Positions 15,585 to 25,618 of a DNA stretch of 64,000 nt are shown piece after piece. Position 1 is the first letter of the stretch, and the number at the start of each line of letters is the position of its first letter. This stretch comes from an uncultured bacterium (GTDB lineage Bacteria > Bacillota > Clostridia > Oscillospirales > Ruminococcaceae), in contig CAJMSD010000002.1 of NCBI GenBank assembly GCA_905215965.1, positions 196,866-260,865 on the forward strand, written 5' to 3'. The notes beneath the pieces were generated by a model that saw only the letters and a program-made list of their open reading frames with translations, did not search any database and was not told the origin of the DNA. Made by a program: the position numbers and the translations under genes.

Positions 15585-15810
15585 AAGCCTTTTTAAAGGC
15601 TTGCGGTTTCCAAAGGCAGAGCCTTGGTCGCCGTCCGCAGACGGCGAAATTCCCCAATCAAGGCGCTCTGCAAGGGGTAAGCCGTTAAGAAAGCAGTCCG
15701 GTGGACTGTTTTTAGGCGAGGGGTGACTCCCCACAGTGTGGGGAGATGTCGGCAACGCCGACAAAGGGGACGGGCGACCGTTGGGAGGCTCTGCAAGAGA
15801 GAGCGTCCCC
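15585..15810. repeat. GC-rich multi-hairpin intergenic mosaic (REP/BIME-like)
   Basis: Six consecutive short hairpins. CAAGCCTTT/AAAGGCTTG (15585-15603). CGCCGTC-cgca-GACGGCG (15629-15646). CAGTCC-ggt-GGACTG (15694-15708). CTCCCCAC-agt-GTGGGGAG (15727-15745). GTCGGC-aac-GCCGAC (15748-15762). GGGGACG...CGTCCCC (15766-15810). The mosaic sits between convergent genes and shares submotifs with 18670-18694 and 32264-32426. Confidence 0.8.
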
Positions 15811-15834
15811 TTAAATGCAAAAATATTTCCAAAA

Positions 15835-17940
15835 TCAGACAGTAAACAACAGCTTCGAATATGACGGAAGCGGCCAGATATCCTCGCTGACGTTAGTTTC
15901 CGTCTCGTCAACAAGCGCGCGCAAAGTCTGCATCTGAGCAAAAACCTCGTCTCTGTAAAAACGCGCCATGACAAGTCCCTCCGGCTGTCCCTGAGCAGAT
16001 ATGACCTTTTCCTCAAGAATAGCTGTCTCCTTATAAATGCTGCCAATAAGATTTGAAAGCTTCAACGCAATGCCCTTTTCAACTTCCGCGTCAATTCCGA
16101 TTGCAAGCTTTGAAGCGGCGGCATCGCAGATAGTTTTATTGTAAGTAATGCAGGCAGGAAGTATCTTTTTCTTTACAATGTCAAGCATGGTCAAAGCCTC
16201 GATATTTATGACCTTGCTGTAATTTTCAAGAAGTATTTCCGTTCTCGATCTGAGCTCGGTTTCGGTATAGACCTTGAACTTCTCAAACATCGCCACATAC
16301 TCGGGACGGACATACTCGGGCAGAGCGTCAACGGTAGATACAAGGTTCGGCAGCTTTCTTACGTGCTCCGCTTCATAAAGCCATTCGTCCGAATAACCGT
16401 TGCCGTTGAATATGATCTGCTTATGCTCCTTGATGATATCGGCGAGGAGCTTTTTAAGATCCTTTTCAAAATTTTCCGAGCCTTCGAGCTTATCGGCAAT
16501 TTCGCAAAGCTCCTGAGCAACGACAGTATTAATTATTGTATTGGTGCAGGAGATAGAATCGGCTGAACCGAGCATTCTGAACTCGAACTTATTTCCCGTA
16601 AATGCAAAGGGAGAAGTTCTGTTTCTGTCGGTCGTATCCTTGGGGAAATTCGGCAGAGCGTCCACACCTATCTCAAAGGAAACATTAGCGACCGAGGTGT
16701 ATTTCTTACCGTTTTCAAGCGCGTCAAGAACGTCCTGAAGCTCGCTGCCGATGAAAATAGAAACAATTGCCGGAGGAGCTTCGTTAGCTCCCAGTCTGTG
16801 GTCGTTTCCGGCAGAAGCGGCAGATAATCTCAGCAGCGGAGCATACTCGTGAACTCCCTTGATAATAGCGCACAGGAAGGTCAGGAACTGAAGATTATCC
16901 TGCGGAGTATCGCCGGGATCGAGGAGATTTTGTCCGTCATTCGAGGACATTGACCAGTTATTATGCTTTCCGCTTCCGTTGACTCCTGCAAAGGGTTTTT
17001 CATGAAGCAGACACACCAGACCGTGCTTCAGAGCCGTTTTCTTCATGATCTCCATTGTAAGCTGATTGTGATCGGCAGCAATATTTGAAGTTGTAAAGAT
17101 CGGTGCAAGCTCGTGCTGTGCAGGAGCGACCTCGTTATGCTTAGTTTTCGCGTAAATGCCGAGCTTCCACAGCTCCTCGTCGAGATCTTTCATATAGTCG
17201 GAAACTCTCTGCTTGATATTTCCGTAGTAGTGATCCTCAAGCTCCTGTCCCTTTGGCGGCTTTGCTCCGAAAAGTGTACGTCCGGTGAGGACAAGATCCT
17301 CACGCGCGTCATAATATTTTTTATCCACAAGAAAATATTCCTGTTCGGGACCGACTGTTGTAATAACTCGCGAAGCGCCTGTATTTCCGAAAAGTCTGAG
17401 GATTCTCAGCGCCTGATTGCTAAGCACCTCCATTGAACGGAGCAGAGGAGTTTTCTTATCCAGAATTTCTCCCGTATACGAGCAGAAAGCCGTAGGTATG
17501 TAGAGGGAATTATCCTTGATAAAAGCGCAGGAGGTCGGGTCCCAAGCCGTATATCCTCTTGCCTCGAAGGTAGCTCTCAAGCCGCCCGAGGGGAAGGACG
17601 AAGCGTCAGGCTCGCCCTTGATAAGCTCCTTGCCCGAGAAGTCAAGGATCACCTCTCCGTTTTCGGTAGGATTGATAAAAGCGTCGTGCTTTTCGGCAGT
17701 AACGCCTGTCATAGGCTGAAACCAATGGGTATAGTGAGTTGCGCCCTTTTCAACCGCCCAGTCCTTCATGGCATTTGCCACCACGTCGGCAACCTCTTTT
17801 TCGAGGGCGATACCGAGCTGTTTTGTACGCTGAACCGACTTATAAACATTCTTCGGAAGTCTTTCTCTCATGACCTTGTCGCTGAACACATTGCAGCCGA
17901 AAAAGTCAGAAACTGTCTGATTGGTATTAGGCTCTGTCAT
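15835..17940 (-). CDS. glnN: Glutamine synthetase type III
   Basis: About 700 aa with the GSIII-type N-terminus [30 protein letters not shown] and the catalytic core ([22 protein letters not shown]). I set the start at ATG 17940 after AAGGAGG. Confidence 0.9.
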   Translation of the reverse strand: MTEPNTNQTVSDFFGCNVFSDKVMRERLPKNVYKSVQRTKQLGIALEKEVADVVANAMKDWAVEKGATHYTHWFQPMTGVTAEKHDAFINPTENGEVILDFSGKELIKGEPDASSFPSGGLRATFEARGYTAWDPTSCAFIKDNSLYIPTAFCSYTGEILDKKTPLLRSMEVLSNQALRILRLFGNTGASRVITTVGPEQEYFLVDKKYYDAREDLVLTGRTLFGAKPPKGQELEDHYYGNIKQRVSDYMKDLDEELWKLGIYAKTKHNEVAPAQHELAPIFTTSNIAADHNQLTMEIMKKTALKHGLVCLLHEKPFAGVNGSGKHNNWSMSSNDGQNLLDPGDTPQDNLQFLTFLCAIIKGVHEYAPLLRLSAASAGNDHRLGANEAPPAIVSIFIGSELQDVLDALENGKKYTSVANVSFEIGVDALPNFPKDTTDRNRTSPFAFTGNKFEFRMLGSADSISCTNTIINTVVAQELCEIADKLEGSENFEKDLKKLLADIIKEHKQIIFNGNGYSDEWLYEAEHVRKLPNLVSTVDALPEYVRPEYVAMFEKFKVYTETELRSRTEILLENYSKVINIEALTMLDIVKKKILPACITYNKTICDAAASKLAIGIDAEVEKGIALKLSNLIGSIYKETAILEEKVISAQGQPEGLVMARFYRDEVFAQMQTLRALVDETETNVSEDIWPLPSYSKLLFTV

Positions 17941-18214
17941 AGTAGTCCTCCTTGAACTAATAAAGGCATTCCGACTGTAAAAAATTTTTTCACAACCGAA
18001 ACGCCATTGTTTCATTGAATTCACTTCTTTATTAATTGTACATCAGATAAAACATTTTGTCAAGTTTTTTCTGCTGATTTATCGCTTTTTACAGTATTCG
18101 GCAGAGTTTTCGAAGCATTGCTGTTATTTCTGACCATATCGGACATAAAAACTGCGTATAATAAGGCTTTTTCTGTCTATAATATAAATGATTTCACAGA
18201 AAGGAGCTATTCTT

Positions 18215-18649
18215 ATGATAGAACAGGATACGATAAAACTGCTTCGCGAGTGCGACGCAGGAATAAAAATGGGAGTCTCCGCTCTTGACGAGGTGATGAA
18301 GTACACCAGCAGCGAGGAACTTAAAAGCCGGCTTCTTGACGGCATGAGCGAGAACGAAAGCATTAAAAACGAGCTTCAGAAAAAGCTCAACAAGTACCAC
18401 GACGACGGCAAAGAGCCGAATCCGATGGCAAAGGGAATGTCGTGGATGAAAACCAATGTTAAGCTTTCCGTAAACGAATCGGACGAAACGATCGCCGAAC
18501 TGATTACAGACGGCTGCAATATGGGAGTAAAATCGATCTGCAAATATCTTAATAAATATCAGGCTGCAGACGAGGACAGCAAAAATATCGCAAAGAAGCT
18601 TGTCAAGTATGAAGAGAAGCTTGCGGTCGATATGAGGAGATTTTTGTAA
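18215..18649 (+). CDS. Hypothetical ferritin-like four-helix-bundle protein (DUF2383/PA2169-like pattern)
   Basis: Predicted all-helical, 144 aa. The start is at ATG 18215 after AAAGGAG. The family assignment is tentative. Confidence 0.55.
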   Translation: MIEQDTIKLLRECDAGIKMGVSALDEVMKYTSSEELKSRLLDGMSENESIKNELQKKLNKYHDDGKEPNPMAKGMSWMKTNVKLSVNESDETIAELITDGCNMGVKSICKYLNKYQAADEDSKNIAKKLVKYEEKLAVDMRRFL

Positions 18650-18669
18650 AAACTGAAAACAATACAAGA

Positions 18670-18694
18670 GAACGCCCTGCAAGAGAGGGCGTTC
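18670..18694 (+). terminator. Hairpin GAACGCCCT-gcaagag-AGGGCGTTC (member of the GC-rich hairpin family, no clear U-tract)
   Basis: It lies directly downstream of the stop at 18649. It shares aagagaacgccct with the hairpin at 32262-32294. Confidence 0.5.
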
Positions 18695-18833
18695 CCTTAT
18701 ATTGCTTTATCTATAATTTAAACAACAGATACTGCTCCTTTTTAGAACTTGAATTAATCGAAAAAATGAAGTATAATATAATTGTATTTCTTCCCACTCA
18801 AGCATCCACATTTCATACGAAAGGAACGTCTTC

Positions 18834-20162
18834 ATGAAAAACGCCGAGACAATAATGAAAACTCTTGCTTCCTCAGGCTATGAAGCCTATCTTGTGGGCG
18901 GTTGCGTTCGGGATATGATTATGAAGCGTCCCGTACATGATCACGATATCGCCACAAACGCGCTCCCAAACGAGATGATACATATTTTCAGCGGTTTCCG
19001 CGTTATCCCCACAGGTATCGAGCACGGCACTGTCACCGTTATCTGCAACGACGAGCCTATCGAGGTCACGACTTATCGCATTGACGGAGATTATTCCGAC
19101 GGCCGCCACCCCGACTGCGTAAAATTCACCTCGGAAATTGCCGGCGACCTTTCTCGGCGCGATTTCACGATGAATGCAATTGCTATGTCCGCCGACGGAA
19201 AAATTATCGACCCATTCGGCGGCTGCGAGGATATCAAACATAAGCGTATTCGCTGCGTCGGAGAGCCTGATAAACGCTTTGCCGAGGACGCTCTGCGCAT
19301 TATGAGATGCCTTAGATTTGCGTCAACGCTGGGATTTGATATCGACAAAGCGGCTGCCGAGTCCGTTCACAGCTTGAAAAACACGCTCTCTCTCGTGTCG
19401 CGCGAACGTATCTGCTCGGAGCTTAACAAGCTTATCTGCGGAAAAAACGCTATGGCTGTTTTGCTTGATTACAGCGATGTCATTTCCGAAATAATTCCCG
19501 AGATCAAGCCGTGTATCGGCTTTTGTCAGCATTCTCCGTACCACAAATACGACGTTTGGGAGCATACCGTCAGGGCATTAAGCTCCGCTTCGGAAAAAAA
19601 TTTCACCGTAAGATTGGCTCTGCTGCTTCACGATATCGGAAAGCCGAGCTGCTTCTCCCTTGACGAAAACGGACGCGGCCATTTTAAATTTCACGGAAAG
19701 GTCGGCGCAGAGATCGCAAAAGCTGTGCTGAAACGGCTTCGCTGCGACAATAAAACCATAAACTGCGTTTATCTGCTGATACTTCACCACAGCGATAAGC
19801 TGCACAGCGAAACCGATATCAAACACGCTGTTTCAACGCTTGGGTTCGAATTGTTCAATATGCTTCTCGACGTTAAGGAAGCCGATAATTCCGCAAAGCA
19901 CAGTTTTGTTCTCAGCGAGGTGGAGGAAATTCGTCAGATGAGGAGCATTGCCAATGATATTATGGCGCGCGGAGAATGTCTGAAAACCTCGCAGCTTGCC
20001 GTCAGCGGCAAAGATTTAATGCAGCTCGGGTTCGGCGGCAGAGAGATCGGCAAAATGCTGAAAGCTCTCCTTGATATGGTGATCGACGGAAAAATCAGCA
20101 ACGATAAGGAATCGCTTACCGAATTTGCGGTCGGCCGCAAGGAAAAGGAGACTAAAATATGA
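18834..20162 (+). CDS. cca: CCA-adding tRNA nucleotidyltransferase with an HD domain
   Basis: YLVGGCVRDMIM...DHDIAT is the polymerase-beta-type head. RDFTMNA is present. LLLHDIGKP is the HD motif. Confidence 0.85.
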   Translation: MKNAETIMKTLASSGYEAYLVGGCVRDMIMKRPVHDHDIATNALPNEMIHIFSGFRVIPTGIEHGTVTVICNDEPIEVTTYRIDGDYSDGRHPDCVKFTSEIAGDLSRRDFTMNAIAMSADGKIIDPFGGCEDIKHKRIRCVGEPDKRFAEDALRIMRCLRFASTLGFDIDKAAAESVHSLKNTLSLVSRERICSELNKLICGKNAMAVLLDYSDVISEIIPEIKPCIGFCQHSPYHKYDVWEHTVRALSSASEKNFTVRLALLLHDIGKPSCFSLDENGRGHFKFHGKVGAEIAKAVLKRLRCDNKTINCVYLLILHHSDKLHSETDIKHAVSTLGFELFNMLLDVKEADNSAKHSFVLSEVEEIRQMRSIANDIMARGECLKTSQLAVSGKDLMQLGFGGREIGKMLKALLDMVIDGKISNDKESLTEFAVGRKEKETKI

Positions 20163-20905
20163 AAGGCTATATTCATTCGACCGAAAGCTTCGGGACGGTA
20201 GACGGTCCGGGAGTAAGATTTGTAATTTTCTTTCAGGGCTGTCCGATGCGCTGCAAATACTGCCATAATCCCGATACTTGGGACTTTTCCGGCGGCGCTG
20301 AAACGACAGCCGAACAGCTGATGAAAGAATACGATTCGTACAAGGAGTTCCTTAAATCGGGCGGTATCACGGCTACAGGCGGAGAACCTATGGCTCAGCC
20401 GATATTTCTTGCGAAGCTTTTCGAGCTTGCCAAGGAAAAAGGGGTTCACACCTGTCTCGATACCTCTGGAATAACCTTTGACAGGAACAATACAGCTCCC
20501 ACCGACAGGATCCTTAAATCTACCGATCTTGTAATGCTCGACATAAAGCATATCCGCAGCGACGCGCACCTTAGCCTTACAGGTCACGAAAACCGCGGTA
20601 TTCTGGAATTTGCGAAATATGTCTGCGGAAAAGATATCCCGATATGGATACGTCACGTAGTTGTTCCGGGAATCACCGATAACGAAAACGATCTGTTTCG
20701 TCTCGGAGAATTCCTTTCGGAGCTGAAAACGCTTAAAGCTATCGATGTGCTTCCCTATCACGACATGGGAAAAATAAAATATGAGAAGCTTGGCATGGAT
20801 TACATACTTAAAGACACTCCGCCGCTGTCGAAATCCGATGCCGTAAGGGCAAAAAATATTATAATGAACGGACTGAAAAGCGGTCTTAAAAAGAAAAAAG
20901 CCTGA
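20159..20905 (+). CDS. pflA: Pyruvate formate-lyase (glycyl-radical enzyme) activating enzyme, radical SAM
   Basis: It is collinear with E. coli PflA: IHSTESFGTVDGPGVRFVIFFQGCPMRCKYCHNPDTW...GGITATGGEP...HTCLDTSG...IWIRHVVVPG. Its start overlaps the cca stop (ATGA). Confidence 0.9.
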   Translation: MKGYIHSTESFGTVDGPGVRFVIFFQGCPMRCKYCHNPDTWDFSGGAETTAEQLMKEYDSYKEFLKSGGITATGGEPMAQPIFLAKLFELAKEKGVHTCLDTSGITFDRNNTAPTDRILKSTDLVMLDIKHIRSDAHLSLTGHENRGILEFAKYVCGKDIPIWIRHVVVPGITDNENDLFRLGEFLSELKTLKAIDVLPYHDMGKIKYEKLGMDYILKDTPPLSKSDAVRAKNIIMNGLKSGLKKKKA

Positions 20906-20925
20906 GAAAACTCAGGCTTTTCTGT
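20899..20925. terminator. Bidirectional terminator between pflA and the convergent gene
   Basis: AGCCTGAG-aaaa-CTCAGGCT followed by TTTTCTG. Confidence 0.7.
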
Positions 20926-20940
20926 ATTCAGGGAAAACAT

Positions 20941-21174
20941 TCATTCAAAAGAATCGAGATCGATATCCTCAAGTATATCCTTCAATGCCGCAAGCTCGTC
21001 AGCAGTAATGGTGATTCCCTTTCCCATTCTTGAATGATCCGGCGACCATTCGCGCAGATCGTATTTCGGCTCGCGCTCGTTCCAGCTCACAAGGTTAAGC
21101 TCCTTTGTCCAGCCCTTGGCATTTTCGCCGAGAACACCGATTTTTTCAGTAATTTCAAATTTCAATTCTGCCAT
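20941..21174 (-). CDS. YdbC/PC4-like small ssDNA-binding-fold protein
   Basis: 77 aa, with WTKELNLVSWNEREPKYDLREWSPDHSRMGKGITI typical of the YdbC family. Confidence 0.65.
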   Translation of the reverse strand: MAELKFEITEKIGVLGENAKGWTKELNLVSWNEREPKYDLREWSPDHSRMGKGITITADELAALKDILEDIDLDSFE

Positions 21175-21273
21175 ATTAAACTCCCTCTTTCAAAAATAAG
21201 AAATTGTAAATCAATGCATATATTTTACCACAAAAAAGAAATTTTGTCCAGATATTTTTTGAATCAAACTCAA

Positions 21274-21576
21274 TCAAATTGAAACGCAAAGATAATTCAA
21301 GGCTTTGTTATACAGCTGCTTCGGAGGTACTTTTCCGCTTATGAGCATTTCGGCAAAATCAACGGCGTCCTCGATATTGCGCGAAAAATCAGGGATAGTT
21401 TCTATATCTCCGCTCTCGTGATCCTCAGCCTCGATACCGTATGTACAGATCTCGCTGCCAAACATTTCAATTCTTCCGCTGACAACGCGGTATGCAACGT
21501 TGTTTTCCGCGTAGACCTCCATATAAACGGTTTTGTCCTTTACCTCGCGCTTTATCTTTCTCATTATTCCAAACAT
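21274..21576 (-). CDS. Hypothetical protein (100 aa)
   Basis: Clean ORF, no recognised motif. Confidence 0.55.
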   Translation of the reverse strand: MFGIMRKIKREVKDKTVYMEVYAENNVAYRVVSGRIEMFGSEICTYGIEAEDHESGDIETIPDFSRNIEDAVDFAEMLISGKVPPKQLYNKALNYLCVSI

Positions 21577-21755
21577 ATTTATTCTCCTTTATTCTAAGAA
21601 CTCATTCTGAAATTCCTCTGCATATTTATCTGCAAAGTGATCCTAAAATAATTATAGCACAACTGCCGCATTATGTGAACGGGTATAATTTGAATAATAA
21701 AGTATGAAAATAAATAATTTTGGCGAATTTTGATTATTTCGTAAGGCGTTGTTTC

Positions 21756-22454
21756 CTAAATGTCATTGAGCTTAGTAAATATTCGCTGCATCTGAATATC
21801 CGTCTCGGCAATTTTATCGGCGCAGCTTCTTAGCTCCTCGGAAAGATCCTGCGGAATAGTGCTTGAGGTCTTGTATTTAAGCTGATGCTCAAGACTTGCC
21901 CAGAAATCCATAGCTATCGTTCTTATCTGTATCTCAACAGGAGCATACGCCTTCTGCGTCGAAAGATAAACGGGAACATTTACTACCATGTGAAGACTCC
22001 GATAACCGCTCGGCTTCGGATTCATTATGTAATCCTTTTTCTTGATAACCACAAAGTCGTCCCTGCGGCTGAGCAGATCGGCAATTGCGTAAATATCGCT
22101 TATATAGCAGCAGGTAACGCGTATTCCTGCCATATCGAGCAGATTATTTCGCGCAGCCTCTGTCGTTATAGGAAGTCCTTTTTTCTGGAGCTTTCCTATT
22201 ATCGACTGCGGAGATTTCAGACGGCTTTCTATATTATGTATGGGATTGCGCTGAAACTTAACGCTGAATTCATCGTCAAGAATATTCAGATACGTTTTTA
22301 CGACCTCGATAGCGGAATCATATAAATGCTGCAATTCAAGGAAATCATAAAAGGTTTGCGAGAGTTTTTCCTGAATTTCCTCGCTGCTCAGGACCTTGCT
22401 TGTCAAAGCCGGAAGATTTTCAAGAGTTTTATCGTAAAAAGCCTTTTCGTCCAT
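21756..22454 (-). CDS. Small alarmone synthetase (RelQ/RelP-type GTP pyrophosphokinase)
   Basis: A single RelA/SpoT synthetase domain: DMAGIRVTCCYISDIY...GYRSLHMVV...EIQIRTIAMDFWASLEHQLKYK. Confidence 0.85.
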   Translation of the reverse strand: MDEKAFYDKTLENLPALTSKVLSSEEIQEKLSQTFYDFLELQHLYDSAIEVVKTYLNILDDEFSVKFQRNPIHNIESRLKSPQSIIGKLQKKGLPITTEAARNNLLDMAGIRVTCCYISDIYAIADLLSRRDDFVVIKKKDYIMNPKPSGYRSLHMVVNVPVYLSTQKAYAPVEIQIRTIAMDFWASLEHQLKYKTSSTIPQDLSEELRSCADKIAETDIQMQRIFTKLNDI

Positions 22455-22606
22455 TAAGATTCACTCCTTTCACAAAGCAATGCAGGTTCTCCGTCATAGC
22501 AGACTGCACATTTTTTCAATCGGCAATGTAATTAATATCTTTATTATAACAGAAAAAAGCAAAAAGTCAAACGCGAAAAAACAAATTTTCACATAAAAAA
22601 TGTCGC

Positions 22607-22640
22607 AAAAAGATCCTGCGTTGAAAAGCGGCAGGATTTT
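22607..22640. terminator. Hairpin terminator downstream of the GH2 operon
   Basis: ATCCTGC-N10-GCAGGAT, flanked by A and T runs. Confidence 0.55.
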
Positions 22641-22771
22641 TCCGTAAATTCGCAGCAAACCGCCCGGAAATAACTGTTTTTATGTAAAAATCACGTATTA
22701 TCGGCTGAAAGTATCAAGTCATATCATTTAATGTAAAATTTATGAAATTTTTGTGTACGATTTCCGATAAA

Positions 22772-25582
22772 TCATTTCAGGCAAAGCTTTTCAAGATCAA
22801 GCTCATACGACGGCGCAAACCTGTCCGAATGCATATAATCAAGAATGCTGAGGGCAAAGCTCCTTACCTCGGGATTATCGGAGATATCGGGCAGTCTGCT
22901 TGTACAAACCATAAGCTTTCCGCTGCCTGCCCTTGCTTCATAGAGAATCCCCAGCTTATGATTACGCTCGAAATTATCAATCATCTGAACTATCGGAAGA
23001 AAATCCGACGGAGTATCGTCAAGAACGGCACATTTACTGCGGCTGACAATATTATACCACTGAGGAGTAGAATAATATTCGCTCTCAAAGCCGCCGAGAG
23101 ACGGGTGATCGTTGTCGATAAGCAGTCCGAGAGTTCCTACGGGAAGCTCCTTGCCCATGCTCTCCGAAATTGAACGGAACATGGGATAGCACCAGAAATC
23201 CGTGCAATAAGCTCCCTGAACGCTTTCACGAAGCTCCGACGGAAAATACAGCACCTTTTCTCCCCTTTCAAGAAGCTCGGTAAGCTCGCCGATATCCTCG
23301 GTCATATAGACCGTACTGCCGTTTTTTACCGATTTTCCGCTCAGTGCAAGCTCGCCGCAGGGCTTTGAAAACGCCCACAGCTCGTAGCTGTTGCAGGTAT
23401 AGCCTGGAAGCTCTCCGCTTGTACGCACGTTATCTATCCTCAAAGTCAGAGTAAGCTTGCCGCCGCAGGTTATCTCCAAATTTATGCAGCCAAGCTCTCC
23501 CATGCCGCTGAATCCGTCGGGAACGGTAAGCTCTCCGTCTGCAATTACTGCTTCGCCGCACAAAAGCCTGTAGGCCAGCTTTTTGCCGATAAGCGGCTTT
23601 TCTCCCATATAGCGGAATTTTATCGGTATGCTCAATTTTTCTCCGACAGTAACGACAAAGCTGTCAAGCTCGGCAAGAATTACCGCGTCCGAGCAGTAAC
23701 CGCACCATTCAAGGCGGTCGGCAAACTCCTTTTTATCCATAAAAGCGTCGAGCATACCCACAAGAGCCGTGCCCTGACCGCTGAAATCCTGCAGATCAAG
23801 CAGCTGAAATCCCGAAATATACTCGGAACGCATTGCCGCTTCTATCTCATATTTGTAGCACTGCTGCGCAAGCTTTCCCGAGGCGAGATGAAATTTTTCG
23901 GCAAGTCCGAGCATTCCTTTTTTGGAAAGACGTTCCTTGAAAATCTCGAAATTTCGTGCTTTAAGCACTCCGTTATATTTTTTTATCTCGCTGAAATCGG
24001 GATACGAGCAATATTGTCCCACCTCGTGCGTAACGATCGGCTTTGACGGTATCAGACCGGAAGATGCGCTGCTGACCTTGACCTTTTTAACTCCCGTTCC
24101 GTACTGTATCTCGATCTCGGTGCATTCGCTCTCGGAATTCTCGGAGACCTCGGGGAAGATCAGGCTGTCGTAGGAATGGCTCGTGTTAGGCTGATCGGTC
24201 TGAACAAAGCCGAGAGGAGCGTCGCACATCGCATACGAACCTCTTATAAGGCGTTCCCTGCTGAGACGAACTCCCGAAAAGAAGTCGTCCTCGGGCTGGA
24301 TATTGGGGAAAAACTGGAAATTATTGCTTCCCTGCGTATAGAGATGACGGTCATCGAATTTATGATACTCCGCAAGGATCGCATTGAGACGCTCGGGACT
24401 TCCCCAAAGCTCGTTTCCAAGGGACATCATCACAAAGGACGGGTGATTGCCGAAGCAGCTGAGAATACGCTTTCCCTCTTCAATGAGGTATTCCTGTTCG
24501 GCAGCGTTATAATTCTCATCGTTTTCGTCCGAGACCGTTCCCCAGAACGGAAGCTCCGGCTGCATATAGATCCCAAGCATATCAGCCGCCGTAAAAGCCG
24601 CATCGGGAGGACAGCAGGTATGGAAGCGGTAATGATTTATCCCCCATTTTTTGGACGTTTCAAGAACCTTCAGCCAGCTCTCCACATCGGTCGGAGCAGC
24701 TCCCGTAAGAGGAAAAATCATTCCGTCGTGCTTTCCTCTGAGATAGACCTTTTTTCCGTTGTTCAGGAAATTCATTCCCTCCGCGGTAAAGCTGCGAAGT
24801 CCGAAGCTTACCTCGGAGATATCCGCCGAACCGTTTATCGCCGCTTTCAGGGTATATATGACGGGAGAATACTCGCTCCAAGGGGAAGCGTCATCGCCCA
24901 GCTCAACGATTATCTCGCTGTTCGGAGCTTCAAGGAAGAAGCTCTGCTTGTCAACTGTTTTTCCGTCGGAGGAAGCTCCCCAGACGCTTATTTCAGCGCA
25001 GTCAGTCCCCTCAAGACCGATACCGAGTCTGACCTTTCCTGACGCCGCGTCCGGATATGCGTCAAGCCTTGAAATACACGTCTTTTCGCCGATAATAAGC
25101 GAAATTTCTCCCGTTATGCCGTTCCAGTTGGACTGCGTGTCGGGAGAAGTCATATGTCCGCCCTTGGTAGGATATCCCGTATTGCAAACGCAGACGGCTA
25201 TCTCGGCAATTGTTCCTGCAAATTCCGATATATCATAAACGTGGGGAGTACACAGACTGTCGCGGCTGCCTATCGGTTTTCCGTTCACCCAAAGCCGTGT
25301 AAGCCTTGTGCGTTCAAGGTAAAGCTTTATCGTTTGCTCCGAAGAAACAGCGGTCAGATCGGCGGTGCGGTAAAACCAGGCATTGCCCTCGTATGCCCAT
25401 GAATCGGTAAGGAACCCCTCCTCTGCCTTTGGATTCGGTTTTCCCTTGTGAGCAATTGAAGTTGTTGTCGGGAGAGTGATGCTGTCGTTTGCTCCAAGCC
25501 TGAAATATTCATTTTTTATCCCGAGCATTTCCTCGTCGGCGCGGAATCCCCACTCACCCGATAAATCGATTTTTCTTATCAT
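22772..25582 (-). CDS. Glycoside hydrolase family 2 protein (beta-galactosidase/beta-mannosidase-like)
   Basis: It has a GH2 N-terminal sugar-binding pattern (DLSGEWGF..., RTRLTRLWVNGKPIG) and a TIM-barrel acid/base region NHPSFVMMSLGNELWG. I set the start at ATG 25582 after a TAGGAG RBS. Confidence 0.8.
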   Translation of the reverse strand: MIRKIDLSGEWGFRADEEMLGIKNEYFRLGANDSITLPTTTSIAHKGKPNPKAEEGFLTDSWAYEGNAWFYRTADLTAVSSEQTIKLYLERTRLTRLWVNGKPIGSRDSLCTPHVYDISEFAGTIAEIAVCVCNTGYPTKGGHMTSPDTQSNWNGITGEISLIIGEKTCISRLDAYPDAASGKVRLGIGLEGTDCAEISVWGASSDGKTVDKQSFFLEAPNSEIIVELGDDASPWSEYSPVIYTLKAAINGSADISEVSFGLRSFTAEGMNFLNNGKKVYLRGKHDGMIFPLTGAAPTDVESWLKVLETSKKWGINHYRFHTCCPPDAAFTAADMLGIYMQPELPFWGTVSDENDENYNAAEQEYLIEEGKRILSCFGNHPSFVMMSLGNELWGSPERLNAILAEYHKFDDRHLYTQGSNNFQFFPNIQPEDDFFSGVRLSRERLIRGSYAMCDAPLGFVQTDQPNTSHSYDSLIFPEVSENSESECTEIEIQYGTGVKKVKVSSASSGLIPSKPIVTHEVGQYCSYPDFSEIKKYNGVLKARNFEIFKERLSKKGMLGLAEKFHLASGKLAQQCYKYEIEAAMRSEYISGFQLLDLQDFSGQGTALVGMLDAFMDKKEFADRLEWCGYCSDAVILAELDSFVVTVGEKLSIPIKFRYMGEKPLIGKKLAYRLLCGEAVIADGELTVPDGFSGMGELGCINLEITCGGKLTLTLRIDNVRTSGELPGYTCNSYELWAFSKPCGELALSGKSVKNGSTVYMTEDIGELTELLERGEKVLYFPSELRESVQGAYCTDFWCYPMFRSISESMGKELPVGTLGLLIDNDHPSLGGFESEYYSTPQWYNIVSRSKCAVLDDTPSDFLPIVQMIDNFERNHKLGILYEARAGSGKLMVCTSRLPDISDNPEVRSFALSILDYMHSDRFAPSYELDLEKLCLK

Positions 25583-25618
25583 AGCTAAACTCCTAAATAA
25601 TTTCTTTTCAGGCTGCAT

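Noticed and set aside
15478-16046. ORFs 15478..15726(+), 15543..16046(-) and 15593..15832(-) that encode Arg/Pro/Ser-rich peptides.
   Set aside because: They run through the GC-rich hairpin mosaic and into the antisense of glnN. The periodic inverted repeats explain them better than coding does.
17941-18214. Looked for a glutamine riboswitch or T-box in the glnN 5' region.
   Set aside because: The sequence is AT-rich without conserved structured motifs that I can recognise. No call made.
24176-25042. 288-aa plus-strand ORF (and 24759..25238).
   Set aside because: It is antisense to the GH2 gene and has no motif or RBS.
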